From assembly GCF_009914755.1 (NCBI RefSeq), contig NC_060929.1: DNA of 64,000 nt. One strand, written 5' to 3'. A program made the position numbers and the translations under genes. Positions 40,409-54,685 of this stretch are shown piece by piece. Below the pieces are notes generated by a model that saw only the letters and a program-made list of their open reading frames with translations, searched no databases and was not told the origin of the DNA. Each line of letters opens with the position of its first letter. Position 1 is the stretch's first letter. The stretch comes from the human T2T-CHM13v2.0 reference genome, Homo sapiens.

Positions 40409-40763
40409 TGTACTCGTCTGTTTTCACACTGCTGTAAAGGACTGCCTGAGACTGGGTAATTTATAAAGAAAAAAGGTTTAATTTTCTCACAGTTCTGCAT
40501 TGTTGGGGAGGCCTCAGGAAACTTACAATCATGGCTGAAGGTGAAGGGGAAGCAAGGCACGTGTTACATGGCAGCAGGAGGGAGAGAGTGCAGGGAAAAT
40601 TGCCACTTTAAACATCAGATCTCATGAGAACTCACTATCATGAGAACAGCATGTGGGAACCACCGCCATGATCCAATCACCTCCCACCAGGTCCCTCTCT
40701 CAACACCTGGGGATTACAATTCAAGATGAGATTTGGATGGGGTCACAGAGCCAAACCATATCA
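40409..40763 (-). mobile_element. THE1D/MSTA MaLR solo LTR
   Basis: tgta...cctgagactgggtaatttataaag...ccaaaccatatca with a perfect 5-bp TSD ccaag (40404, 40764). Confidence 0.92.
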
Positions 40764-41634
40764 CCAAGAGTATCCTGAATTACTGTCAGCACCAATATTG
40801 ATGTCAGTTGCTCTCTGTTTAACTCTGTCTGGTTTAGTCATGTGGACAGGCTGCTTTAAAAGCAAAGTATGTTTGTCTAAATTTAAGTTTATCAGAAATT
40901 ATGTCTATCCTCTTTTTACTTAAGAGTTATTGCTGGATTGTGACAATCAGGACTTGCAAATAGAAAGTGAATTTATAGAGAGAATTGAGGTAAGGATAAG
41001 AAACGTAAAACAACAGGAACTATATTGTATTATTTCAAATGAAATTGATATTTTAAAGGTGAGGTAACACTAACTTAAAATAATGCTTTGAGAGAACAGG
41101 GAGTATATAAAGAATCACAATCAGAATAGAAGTTCTTTGGCATACTTTTGTTCATAGTATTCAAGTTTCGAGTGAGGGAAACAAAACCCATTCAATAATT
41201 TAAAGAGAAATGTTAAAAATAGTTTGTTTTTTTTTCTGACATCTTTTTCATAACTCAAAAGAACTAAAGGCAATTTATCTTTTTGACAAATTGTTTCCAT
41301 AAATGATCATCTTTCATTTTTTATTTTTCTTCAAGGAGAAAAAAATGATTATTTTAATTGTTAATGTCTAACAGGTGTGGGTTTACTGCTGGCCAGGCTC
41401 TTTACCGTGCTATTGGATGTAGAATTCCTTATATGCCATATTCACCATACTTCATTATGTCTCAAAAACTCATCTTCAAAGAAGACATACTCCCAATACA
41501 AAGGCCCATTTTGTTCCCTGTCTTTCCTTAGCACTTGTTTCTGGATTTTGAAAATGTGTCATTTCAGCACAGATCATCTCTACAAGCACTACATGAGTAG
41601 ATTTTGATTTCTCTAGCCCATTTAATTGAGAGCA

Positions 41635-41928
41635 TTTTTTTTTTCCTGAGATGGAGTCTCATTCTGTCGCCCAGGCTGGAGTACAGTGGCCATGATCTTG
41701 GCTCACTGTCACCTCTGCTTCCCATGTTCAAGCAATTCTCCTGCCTCGGCCTCCCAAGTAGCTGAGATTACAGGTGCATGCCACTATGTGCAGATAATTT
41801 TTTGTATTTTTGGTAGAGACGGGCTTTTGCCATGTTGGCCAGGGTGGTCTGGAACTCCTGACCTGAACTCCACTTGCCTCGGCCTCTGAAAGTGCTGGGA
41901 TTACAGGCATGAGCCACTGCTTCTGGCC
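41635..41928 (-). mobile_element. AluS
   Basis: Full dimer with TSD taattga(g/c)agcat. Confidence 0.92.
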
Positions 41929-42602
41929 TAATTGACAGCATCTTAATAGCTACTGGTGATCATAGGCTTTGAGAAATGCCATAATGGTTATACAATGTTA
42001 AAGTTAGTTCAAATTTCCATGGATAAGAACATAATATTAATTCAGCAGACTGAGGGACTTTTAGTGGGTCTTGGTGGGTGAGCTCTTTCTGATTCTGTCA
42101 ATTTTGTAAATGATTCATAGAGAAGAATTAACATGCTATTTAAAAAGTGTATAGACACTGTATTGCAAGATGACATCAATATTACTAAAGGCAGAAAATA
42201 AAATAAAAAAATGATTTGGAGCTTTTAGAGGTGTTACAAGTACTATTGAAACTAAATAATGTTCATCATAGAAAATAAAAGCTCATAAACTTATAAAAGC
42301 TAAGACTTACTAGCATAAATACTGCTGTTTGAGAAATATAAGAAAGACTTAATTAAATATAAATGGTTAATGCACCAGGATGGGAAATAGAGAAGTGAGA
42401 AGAGCCTTTTGTTTAGATCAGTAAAAGAGAATCACCTTACAATAGCAAAGACCTTTTTGACACTTGTTTGCCTTTTGTTGCTGGTCACAGCCAAATATTT
42501 TCAACTGTCTTACACTGGAAGTCTCTGTCTTCTTTGAAGATCAGTCTTTGAGACATAAATAAGTATGGGGAATACAACATTGAAAGAATTCTAGTTTCAA
42601 TA

Positions 42603-42604
<2 letters not shown>

Positions 42605-42641
<37 letters not shown>

Positions 42642-42656
42642 CTCGCGTATGTGTGT
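42605..42656. repeat. (TG)n microsatellite
   Basis: Seen directly. Confidence 0.95.
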
Positions 42657-43504
42657 AGTCCAGGAGAGTGGATTCTAAAGGTTGAGAGAATATGTTAACA
42701 CAGCACTTCCTAAGGCTTCCAATCTAAGTGAGGTGATAATTTTTTGAAATACTTTTACCTGATCACCTTAGTCCAGTACAACTATGTGCAGTCAACAGGC
42801 AGTAGACATGAATCTATCATAAATCACACCCTGAGGCAGGAAATATCTTCAATCATTTTACCTCAAAACCTTAATCATTTAGGTTAAAAATCTCCCTTCA
42901 CTGTGGCAGAAGACTCATGTGAATGTAAATATTTTCTAGGAATTTTGCAAGGTAGACATAATTTCTTCTTTAAGAAAATAACTTCTAAGTCATATGTGGT
43001 TCACTATTTATTCCCCATGCATTTGTTTTAATCATGCGTAGTTTATGGTTATGTCCAAACATAAGAAGTTAATGGAAGAATTGAAACCATTGCCTCCACA
43101 AGAGAAAGGGGTATCCAGAGTCTTTCATAAATATTTGTTGAGTACTCAACTGTGCATAAGGCCTACTTTCAATGTCAATAGAGATGCAAAGATAAGTTGG
43201 TTAATCATGCTACTGTACTTTGCACTAGGCAAATCACATCTGGAGAAATGCATAGTTTTATGTTTCTTGTTTTAAATGTTTGACCTGGGGTAAGAAATAT
43301 GTTATGTGGGGGAAATAAAAATAATTAGTGATGTCAAACCTGAAGAAGAGGCTGGTGAAAACAACATGGTAAACTCCCAAATCCCAAGAGGTCAAAGACT
43401 AGTTCTATCTTATTCTTCCAGCTTCTTGCATCCTGGCATAAAGTAAATATTCAATAATTATCTATGAATTGAATTTTTCAGGGAAAATCAAGTTAGAGAG
43501 GGAA

Positions 43505-43750
43505 GAGATGTGTTTTGTGCAGCTCAGAGGTGCAGAAATAGGTGTAAGAATAGAAGTTGTATAGCTACAGATTCTGCCTTAGTATAAGGAAGAACTTTTT
43601 GACACTGGCTTATAAGGGTAGATGCTGCTCATAAAGTGTTGAGTTTATTAAAAGTAGAAATAAATGTTCAACCAAATAAATGTGAGGTAGTTATTACAGA
43701 GGTAATTTCTGCTCTGGGTGGAAGATTTAACCAAATAATTGCCAATATTC
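43505..43750 (+). mobile_element. L3/CR1 3' remnant
   Basis: cagattctgccttagtataaggaagaacttt...gggtggaagatttaacca. Confidence 0.55.
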
Positions 43751-44010
43751 TATAATAGTATAATTAAGTTACCTTGACAAGTTTTACATCGATTGTCTTA
43801 ATGGTTTATAAAAAAAATACATAATTACTTCCATTTTTCTTTCCAATATATCTAGGAGAAGAAAGTATGGTCCCCCACACAAAGAATCATAACTTGAACA
43901 CTTGATTTGTATTTCAGCTGATTTTCATCTTACTGGTGAAAAGAGTTCATTGGTAGACTCAAGCACAGAAATCCAGCCTCTATGCCTAGCCATAAAATCA
44001 CAGGATTAGT

Positions 44011-44274
44011 GGCCGGGCGCGGGGGCTCACGCCTGTAATCCCAGCACTTTGGGAGGCCGAGGCGGGTGGATCACGAGATCAGGAAATCGAGACCATCCTG
44101 GCTAACACGGTGAAACCCGTCTCTACTAAAAATACAAAACATTAGCCAGCGTGGTGGTGGCGGGTGCCTGTGGTCCCAGCTGCTCGGGAGGCAGAGCTTG
44201 CAGTGAACGGAGATCGTGCCACTGCACTCCAGCATGGGCGACAGAGCGAGACTCCGTCTCAAAAAAAAAAAAAA
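44011..44274 (+). mobile_element. AluY with 32-bp internal deletion
   Basis: AluY diagnostics (gaccatcctggctaacacggtg, gagcttgcag) and a perfect 17-bp TSD aaaatcacaggattagt. Confidence 0.95.
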
Positions 44275-45094
44275 AAAATCACAGGATTAGTATATCTACA
44301 CTACATGGGTAGAAATATCCTTTAACATGTAGCTACTTTGGGGTAAAACCCACTCTCCCTAAACTGTGATTCACTTTTCAGCTTCAACCCTCATTCTGAT
44401 TTTCCACTGCCACCTTGTGTAGACAGGTCCTCAGAAAGCAATTGAGGCCATGATGCTTCCTTGTGCCGCCAACCCAATGGGCAACATATCTCCTGCTGCT
44501 CTCTCAGCCACTTCCAGAGCAGTGAGAAAGGTTCAGGGATTCTGCAAGTCGGCAAACACGGCTGCAACTGCCTGCTGGACCCGGAAAAGTGACAGGCACA
44601 GAATTAGGAAAGGACTTGGTGAACTGACCAAATTCTACAGTGTCAAATCCGGCTGGTTAAGATCAGACAGAATCAACCTATTTTCATGACAGAAAAAAAA
44701 GAAAAACCAGACCAATTAATAAAACCAACACATTTTCAACCCTGGAAATTACATGCCTGTATGTAAGTCATACATCTTTCTCTAAAACATCTTTCTCAGA
44801 ATTGTTTTATGAGTTTCATATCATTTAATAATTTAAATCGATGACCTTAATATGTTATTCCATTGTGCTTATCCAAATCACATTAATCACAAGGAGTTCT
44901 CAGTTATATGCTTTACCATTTTTCGATCTGAACTTAATACACAGGATCTCATACTGGGTTAACTGATATGTAGGATAAAACTCTCTGAGCCCAATTAAAA
45001 TATTTTAAGTGGTCCACATTTGAGCAAAAGCTCTGAGCCCACAGACTGATGATATTAATGATGGTAACCACCACAACCACTACCACCACCACCA

Positions 45095-45292
45095 CCGATA
45101 TTTGAGCAATCGTTCTGAGGTAGAGTACTTTTAGATACTTCAACAAGTTAGATTTTAATCCTGTTATTAAAATAAGAGAAAACCTCTGCAACATTGAGAA
45201 GTTAAGCATCCCACAAGGTCACAAAGGTACTCAGTGGTAGAGGCGGGATGTGAACCTATATCATCTGACTCTAGAGTCCTTGCTCTACAACC
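45095..45292 (+). mobile_element. MIR
   Basis: atttgagca...gagaagttaagc..caaggtcaca..gtggtagaggcgggatgtgaacc..tctgactctagagtcc. Confidence 0.7.
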
Positions 45293-45749
45293 ATCTCCCG
45301 TCTGTCCACAGTCAGACAATGGAAGCACCAAAAGATTACTTAGCATAGCCCTTTAATTTTATTGAAAAGAGGACCAGATGGAGCCCCAGAAAGAGGGTAT
45401 GATTTCAAAATTCCTAATGATTCTCAATGACAGAGCAGTTTTGTCCCCCCTCTGGCATTAGCCCGTCTACTTGGGCACTGGCTAAATGACACTAAGTGTC
45501 TAGACATGTGGATGCAATGACGATGCATCTTTCCTGCTGTTTCTGACTTTCTCCTCTCTGAGAATGGAAACCATACATGCAGTTCACTGTCTAAAATTAT
45601 TAACATAACTGTACTATTCCACTACCTTCATCAACATAATTTTACTATTCGAGAAGATTCTTGCTCAGAAAGAGAACAGTTGTAACAAACTTAATTATTC
45701 ATCCCAGGAACTTCCTAAAAGTCCTATACATTTTTTAACAGAAAGCATC

Positions 45750-46032
45750 AGGCTGGGCATGTTGGCTTATGCCTGTAATCCCAGCACTTTGGGAGGCCAA
45801 GGCAGGAAGACTATTTGAGGCCTGTCTGGCCAAAATAGTGATATCTGATCGCTACAAATAATAAAAAAATTAGCAGGGTGTGGAGGCACGCATATGCGGT
45901 AGTTCTAGCTACTCAGGAGGCTGAGGCAAGAGGATCACTTGAGGCCAGGAGTTAGAAGTTACAGTAAGCTATGATGGTGCCACTTCACCTCAGCCTGGGC
46001 AACACAGTGAGACCCTGTCTCAAAAAAAAAAA
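45750..46032 (+). mobile_element. AluJ
   Basis: Diverged dimer with gaggatcacttgag, gctatgat, gagaccctgtctc and an A tail. Confidence 0.9.
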
Positions 46033-46059
46033 TAAGCATAAAATAAGGTTTTATATCTC

Positions 46060-46335
46060 AAGACTCTGAAATTCTTGCCTGAAAATTCTCACCTTGCTAT
46101 TTCCACCAATCTTTAACTATTCTATCATGATACTTACCCAATGCTAGCTAAACCCCCTGCATTGAAAGTCTTATCTTAAACCAGATGTCAGGATCTTAAT
46201 ACATATCCCAAATTTACTCTTCTCTGAGATGCTACTAAGGTTCTACTGAGGGATGTCATACCTCACTGCACCAGGTAGTAAACTCAGTTTTGTCAACAGG
46301 AAGTTTTGGTGTTTTGTGGGGGTCAGCATTTGAGA
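46060..46335 (+). mobile_element. Old ERV LTR 3' remnant (family uncertain)
   Basis: ctctgagatgctactaagg...gtaaactcagttttgtcaacagg..ggggtcagcatttgaga resembles an LTR R/U5 end. Confidence 0.45.
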
Positions 46336-47628
46336 CCTCTCAAGGGGAAGTTGGCCACTTCTAGAAAGCTTTCCTTGACAACCCTTCTTCGGCCCAAAAG
46401 AAAACAAAAGCAGCTAGGACTTGTTCAAATGCTGAATATTCAAAACGTTTTGACATTGTTAGTATGCTCACCATTTTTCTTGTCATTATCTAAGTCCAAG
46501 CAAAATATTCTCACAGATAAATACTAGAGGATTCATGATGTATGAACTCATTTTCACGCTTAATGTTTGGTCTTTGTTTACATTTTCTCTACAACTTCAT
46601 CAAAAATCATGCTTTGCTTACTTAAATGAATTATTGCAGGTAGAAACAGCATAATTTAGTGGGAAAAAATGAAAAAATTGTGTATCTTTACCAGATGTCA
46701 TTAAGAAGAATTGATATACAAATTAAATTGGCACATTATGGAAATGTTAATTTTTTCTCAAAGATAATTTACTTTTCTGTTGTTTTTTTTTATGTGTGAT
46801 GTTACAAAAAGTGATTGAAATGTATATGTATAGTTGAAAAAAAATAAAAGAAGCACTCATGTACTTACTCTCTAAACAGAGAAAGAAAATGTTACCAGAA
46901 CATCCAATGTCCCTATTTTATATTTTACAATGTATTATCATGGTTTCTAGATACACTTTTTACAAGGATGTTTCTTGAACTTACTGGGCAGTGGCTAATG
47001 TAAACTTGTCATTCTAGTGTCATTCCCTACAATCTGATTCATAGTAAGTGTCTTATCTGTTTAGAAAGGGGGTTGATAATGAATCTTTCAGGTGAAGAAA
47101 ACCTATTAAATTAGAAAAATCCTTGGCAATTTACTCAATATAGTGATTTCTTTTTCTATTTCTGTCCCTTGGTCCATAATGAAATTGTTCTTGTATGCTT
47201 CCCTGCTCCCATGACAATTTGTACCAGTGCCCAGACCCCATTCAGAGCCCTGTCTCTGCACTATCATCTCTAGACCCAGTGATGACTGTGTGTTTGTTCA
47301 CCATCCTATCCCCAAGCACTCCATAGTACCTTGTACAGGATGCGTGCTCAGTTCATGTTGATTAAATGAATCACTGGCATACTTGGAAGAGCTAGCTGAG
47401 GGACTAGCAGCCTATGAGGCTAAAGAAATCTTTTGTTGTTCTTTAACATTGTCATTCACTTCTTGCCTTCTTTCCCTTTGCCTTTCCTACCCTCTTGATG
47501 ACTATGCCTTAGGTATATATTGCTGACATCAATCACAAGCACACCCACTCACATTGGGAGAGTACAGAATGAGTAGATTGATAGTCTTGATTAATCCTGG
47601 CTTCCCTTCATAATACTTTTCTTTTTGA

Positions 47629-47951
<323 letters not shown>

Positions 47952-48098
47952 TTTAATCATTTATTTTTCATTAAAATTTTTCATTACATTTTTTTGTTTC
48001 AAACAGAAATCATATTGTTTATAAGAAAGGAAATAGTCCAGATGTGTAAAGAAATGCCTTTTCCAACTCTACCTTCCCCAACAACTAATGTTAACAGT

Positions 48099-48112
48099 TA
48101 TCTATCTATCTA

Positions 48113-48150
<38 letters not shown>

Positions 48151-48163
48151 ATCTATCATCTAT
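48099..48163. repeat. (TCTA)n(TCTG)n compound tetranucleotide STR
   Basis: Seen directly. Confidence 0.95.
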
Positions 48164-49279
48164 GTGTCTACAGAGATGCATAGGATATTCACCAACTTGC
48201 CATGCTGCTCTCAGAAAGAATTGTATTATACACATTATTCTTCAGCTTTATTTTTTCGCTCAACAACAAGTCACAGTTTGTAGATGTTAATCTAACTTGT
48301 TTTTAGTGACTACATATGTTTCATAATATAGATGTTCTGTAATATATCTATTCCTTTTTTAATGGTTTTTAGTTGTTTGCTATTTCTAGCAATGCTGCAG
48401 TAAATATCCTTGTGAGTGTATGTCTGTAAATTTTCTATCATTTGCTCCATTAACTGCCAGAACAAAACAGAAATAAGAATTGCTGGGACTTCTTTTTATT
48501 GAAGGTGCTACAAGAATTTCTTTATTCAGGACAAAATAAGGCAACCAATAAGGGGATGAGGCATTTCAACTCATTTTTAACAGGGCATGGAATTTTGCTA
48601 CAATGTAAGCTGAAATGAGACTTTTAAAAAAGTTTCTAATTTTATCTTGTGGTACTGGCACAACATCAAAGAAAAGTAATCAAACGAAAGCTTTCTGTTC
48701 AAGGAAAATATAAATAGAGACCTAGAATGAGTTGGATGGCAACTGCATCTTGTTAGAAAAATATCATTTTACTACAAAATAAATGAAACATTTACTGGTC
48801 CAATTCCATTGGGGAATGATGTATGTTTCAAGGCACAATTCCTCTTGGTAATCACAAACTCAGAACTCCTTGGATCTTCATGATATAAGAGAGAGTTCAA
48901 ACATCCAGCTGCCTCCCACAGAAAGCCTGTAATTGGAGTGGAAAGAGTGCAGATAATGCATAGCTCTTACCCTGTGTAAGGAAAGCCCACAAGGCATATA
49001 GAATTGTTTGCACTGTATTCAAAATGTTTGTATGACAGAAAGGATTCTTAAAACTAGTTTGGAAACTAACATTTGAATCAGAATGCATGCTCATGAAAAA
49101 TATTTACATCATGAACATGTCCTATAAAAGTATTACAGGATTACATCAAACTGCTTTTCCCTATACATACACCTCATTACACATAAAAATGGCAATCATA
49201 ATTTTTCACAAGTTATTCCTTTCATTTTCAGAGATGAAGCTCTTCTTATAGACCCCATTATTTGCTATTCTCTGAGCCT

Positions 49280-49830
49280 GCAAAGAAAAGCAAGACAAAT
49301 ATAGTTATTCCTTCCCGTCCACCCTATCCCAGCCTACAGTGGGGAGACAAGTGATGACAATGCAGCGTGGTGAATGTTGCAAAGCGGGGAGCTCCAGATG
49401 CCTTGAGAGGCTGCATCTTGCCTGGATTTGGGGTTCTTCTGGATCCAGGAAAGGAAGACCTTCGGGAGCCAGGAATGTCTGAACTGAGGGACAAGTCAGA
49501 TTTGGGTGGAAAGTATTTCTGGTAGAGGATACATTCTCAAAAGTCAGGGAGCAATAAAAAACACAAATTCATTAAGGCATTAAAAATGTTTGAAATGGAC
49601 AGAACATAGTAAATATAGGGTAATGGGGATGCTGAGGGATCAGGCTATATCCACAAGGGAAAAAAAACAAACAGCATGGGATTTTTGCTTCTGCAAGATC
49701 ACACTGGCTGCAATGTGGAGGATAGGATAGGAGTGTGGCAAAAACAGAGCCCTAGAGACCATATAAGAAGGTGTTGCCAATTTTTGAGGTAAGATGATGG
49801 TGGCCTGAAATAGTGGAGATGCAGAAAAAG
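49280..49830 (-). mobile_element. L2, degenerate
   Basis: aagatcacactggctgcaatgtggaggataggataggag...gatgatggtggcctgaa. Confidence 0.7.
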
Positions 49831-49879
49831 GAATAGAATCATTTTTTTCAAGTTTATGCTGGGAGCTTACTTATTTGGA

Positions 49880-50700
49880 AGTAGAACATCTGACAGCCCT
49901 CTCCTTGGTTTGTGACAATTTCTTTTCTCAAGAAGTAGAGGAAGCAAGGAGGGGTGCTGTTCCTTTGGATTTAATTCTAACCAATATAGAAGAAACAATT
50001 GATGCTATGGTGACTGCTCCTGTGGAAAGCTGTAGTGGTTTAGCTAACTAGCCAGCCAAAAAAAGCTAGCCAAGACTCAATATGCATGCTTAGAAACCTA
50101 TCCAGAAATAGAGAATTTCCTCTATTATTGAATAACTTTGGTTCTAGAAGTGTGTATGTAAGTCTGTTTATTATTCTCATATTTGAAATAACACTATGCA
50201 ATGTTTGTTGTTGTTGGAGCTCAGAGGTGACACAGTTTTGGTGTGACCTTTGTTTTTGTATAGGGAGATTAATAAATGTCATACAGGGGTACTATCATTT
50301 AATAAAAGGTAAACTGGACAAATGGAGTATGCTTAGAACTGGACAACCATGATAATAAAAGAATGCTAAAACATGTCATCAATTAAAATATTTTCGAGTA
50401 GGGGCTGTGAGTAAGGCACTGTTCAAGGAGAGGAAGACAGTGGTGAATCAGATAGACTTAATTCTATAGTCACGGAATTATATGGGGATCAGTTAAAGAA
50501 AGTGGAGCATGGATAAGAGACAAGCATAAGATTCAATTTTGATGAGCTACAATGCTGTCATGTGGAACAGGGATCCAATAAATTCTGTAAGACTTTATAA
50601 AGTAAAATTAGAGCCAATGAGCAGAATCTGGAAGAAGAGAATTCCAACTCTCAAGGAGGAACAACTTTCTAAAAGCTCTGATTGTATAGTTGTGAGATAA
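49880..50700 (+). mobile_element. L3/CR1 LINE remnants
   Basis: 49911-50003 translates to CDNFFSQEVEEARRGAVPLDLILTNIEETID, a CR1 endonuclease-end motif. L3-like 3' sequence at about 50230-50700. Confidence 0.65.
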
Positions 50701-51074
50701 ACTGAATGAGGAGGTGTGGTAGTAGGTTCTTTGTTTCAAGTAACTGGATGCACGTTTGCAATGCATTATTTCATTTAAACTTTAAACCACTTTATGAGAT
50801 CATTATGATTATTAATCTCATTTTACATTTGGGGCAGCTGAGGTTTAGTGACTGCACAGTTAGAACATAGCAGAGCTACGACATGACTTACTGTGCTCTA
50901 GTCTCCTGTGAACTCTGCCACCTCCCTTGCTTAATAAAAAGGCTGAATAAATGGTGGTCAAACGATTCCTTCAAGTAAAGAAAGGGAGGGTGAACTACAG
51001 AGCTGTAAGGGTCTTCCTAAACTTTACATTGAATTATTCTAGTTATTTCTAGAATATGAGAAATGTAAACTAAA

Positions 51075-51455
51075 AATATCCTTCAAATAACAAAATTATA
51101 GAGATGGTAGCACAGATCAGCTGCTGCCAGGGCTTGGAGGATGGGTGGTAGGTGCATGTGCTTATAAAGGGGATTTTTGTGGTGATGGAATTGTTCTGTA
51201 TTTTGATTGTGGTTGTCACAAGAATCCACACATGTGATAAAATTGCACAGAACTTAATACACACACATGAGTGCATGTAAAACTGGAGATACCAAATTAA
51301 GGTGGATGAATGTCAATGTTTGGTTGTGATATTGTATAATTATGCAAGATATTGCTATTGAGTGAGATGACATAAGGGTATATATACCTCTATGTATTAT
51401 TTCTTACAACTATATGTAAAGCTATAATTATCTCAAAATATAAAGTTAAAAATGT
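51075..51455 (+). mobile_element. L1MD-like 3' UTR
   Basis: ggtgatggaattgttctgtattttgattgtgg..cacatgtgataaaattgcacagaact..tattatttcttacaact..tctcaaaata. Confidence 0.8.
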
Positions 51456-52084
51456 AAAGATATATTTGACTCAAGCACACAAGAAGGACTATGTGAGCAC
51501 TGGCTCTTTTCTTTCTTTTCCAACTTTCCTCCACCCTAGGATCCTCCAATGGGGGAAACCAGGATTTAGTGCATAATGCTGTCCCTGTATATTCCCAGGA
51601 TCAAATCTGACTAAGGTATTTATCCCAAATTTCTGTGTCCTGGAGACAATAATTCCACTTGGTGCTTTTATTCACATTCTTCCACAACACAGGAAAATGA
51701 CCTCTGGAAAATGTATGCTGGGGGATCACAAAAGCCCCAGTATTTGCTGATTTTAGTAAGTGGAACTAAGGAGAAAAAATATGCATAATCAAACCATAAA
51801 ATTAGATTCTTCAACATTTTATAAATCCAGTATTTGTGTGGTAGCTTGACTAATATCTCCAAAGAGAATTGACTCAGACATCCAACTTTTTGAAGAGCAT
51901 CAGAAGAATGTTACATTTTTTATTTTATTCCTCTAATTATAAAGGTAATGCATCTACCTTATTTTAAGAAAGAAAATATAAAAATTATCTATAGTTCCAT
52001 GACTCAAATATACATACTGATTTTTTTCATCCTCTTATTTTTCTTAATCAGGACATTTTTGATTATAAACGATAGATACTCATT

Positions 52085-52430
52085 CACACTGGACATGCTT
52101 CAGGTATAACAAAACACAGGACTCAGATGATGTACTTAGGGCTCATTTTCAGGCCCTTCAACTCCGGGCTCTGTTTGCTTGTGTGTAGGTTCCATCCACA
52201 GGCAGGTTCTTCCCTCTTGGTTGCAAGAATGGTTGCGCAGGTCCAGGCTTCTTTTTTACATTTAGGCGATGTTACATAGAAAGAAAACTTCTTCCCGACA
52301 GCTCTAATAAAGTCCCCAAAATGAAGTAACTAACTTGGCTTGGCTGAGTCCATTTTTAAACCAATCACTAACCAAATAGTTAAATTGTACTTATTTTCCA
52401 GGACTGGGTCACACACATGAAATCAGGGCA
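52085..52430 (-). mobile_element. Old MLT1 (MaLR) LTR remnant
   Basis: cttcaggta..caggactcagatgatgt..ttgcaagaatggttgc..aaccaatcact. Confidence 0.5.
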
Positions 52431-52644
52431 GGGGATGAGGGTGTGGCATCAGAGAGCTTTTACCAATATAATCCTATTATTAGAATTTGGGAGAATGTAT
52501 GCCGAGTAGAGAAAAATAAGATGTCCATTTATCTTTTGTGTGTGTATATTTGTATATACAAACACACATGTATATTTTTGTGAATAATGTAAGGATAAAA
52601 TTGAAACTTATTTCTCCACCCCTCTGGGTTGTAATGATAAACCA

Positions 52645-53205
52645 TAAAGATGTATATGGAAATGTCAGGGATCTAGAATAGCCGAAACAGTCTTGAAAAA
52701 GAACAGGTTTGAAGGATTCATACTTCCTGATTTCAAAATGTATTACAAAACTACAGTAAATAAGATTGTATGGTACTGGCATAAAAATAGAGATATAAAT
52801 CAGTGGAATAAAATGGAAAGTCCAAAAATGAACTCATACATTTGTGGTCAGTTGATTTTCAACAAAGGAGACCAAGACAGCTTAATGGAGGTGGTGGGGG
52901 AGTGGGGGAAAGGCTGGGGGTGGAGGGGGAAAATTAGTTTTTTCAAAAAGTAGTGCTGAGACAACTGGATGTCTGCATGTAAAAGGATAAAGCTGGACCC
53001 CTCCCTCACATCATATGCAAAATTAACTCAAAATGGATCATAGACCTAAATATAACAGTGAAAACTGTACAGCTTTTAGAAGAAACTATAGGAATAAATC
53101 TTCATGACCTTCTATTATGCAAATCTTTCTTAAAACAATACGAAAAGTGCAAGCAACAAATGAAAAAAATAGATAAATTGGACTTTATGGAAATTAAAAA
53201 CTTTA
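52645..53205 (+). mobile_element. L1M ORF2 fragment
   Basis: ORF 52693..52953 reads LPDFKMYYKTTVNKIVWYWHKNRDINQWN..GQLIFNKG, matching L1 ORF2p. Confidence 0.9.
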
Positions 53206-53363
53206 CAGAAATATAAAAATTTATATTAAAATATAAATTATGAAACTTAACATATTTTCTGTTGCATCACTACAAGCATCAATATATTTGGCCAATGAAG
53301 GCAACTACTGCAGAAACATAAATTGGAAAACAAAGAACAAGTACCAAATAGAAAAATAACTAA

Positions 53364-53666
<303 letters not shown>

Positions 53667-54479
53667 TAAACTTTTTTTCTTGAATTAATGGTGCAGAATT
53701 TTCCATTTCTGGTAAAACTCTTTTGAATACATTAAAGGTGAATTTTCTAAAAAAAAACAAAAAAGGGGGTAAAATGAGTTTCAGACAATGTGAAATGGTG
53801 CTAAAGATTTTATTTAACGCTTTATTAATAAAGGAACCAATAAAATGATGTAATCTGTTCAAAGTAGAATCCAAAGGGCAGATATACCTAGATATCAGGA
53901 GTATTAGAATGCATTTACCAATTTTCACTCACACAACTGGCTTTGGGGAGAGGCAGGAATGAAAAAGGAGGATTATCCCGCCACTGGATGGAATTCATGT
54001 ATATACACAAGAATTATTTTCGTTGCTATCAGTTAGTTACAATGTACAGATCTATAAAATAGCTCAAAATTAATAAAAAGCTAGCATCAGATAACCTGGA
54101 AGGGTATATGCTAAACAATGCATAGTTTTGCATTGAAGATACACAGTATTCTTTTCTGACTATTCCATATTTCCTTACGAATATTTTAGCAATCACTATA
54201 TCATCAGGTTTCTCTGTTTTCCAGTCTTTTGTCCTAACTCCATTGTAGTAAGGATATCACTTTAAATTTTTTTAAATGCAAATAAATCTAAGACCACTAT
54301 TGTCAAGTTAATATCCACTTGGTACTTGTATGATGAATTATTATAGTTGTGAAGGTAATATAGTTTCTTATATGCTGAGACTATGGACCAGAGTTGGCTG
54401 TTAGTGCTGAGTACATAAGACATTAACAAAAAAGGATAATGAAAATGACCATAAATAGGAAAACGCTACCATGCCGCTT

Positions 54480-54685
54480 AATATTTTCCGAACTTTGAGT
54501 CATGATTTACTTGTGGGTCATGAAATCAAAGAGTGATAACAAAATTAAGAACAGAAAATATGAAAGTGTAGTATATATGGTGAAGTTAAGAATTGGTTCA
54601 TAAAACCTTGGTTGCAGGATGTGCTCTGGGTCACAATGTGAAATCTACTTCTGCTATAGGTCAGAGTCAGTGGAAAGTCACTATT
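54480..54685. mobile_element. hAT-Charlie MITE remnant (Charlie15-like)
   Basis: gtgggtcatgaaatcaa...ctgggtcacaatgtgaaat..aaagtcact. Confidence 0.45.
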
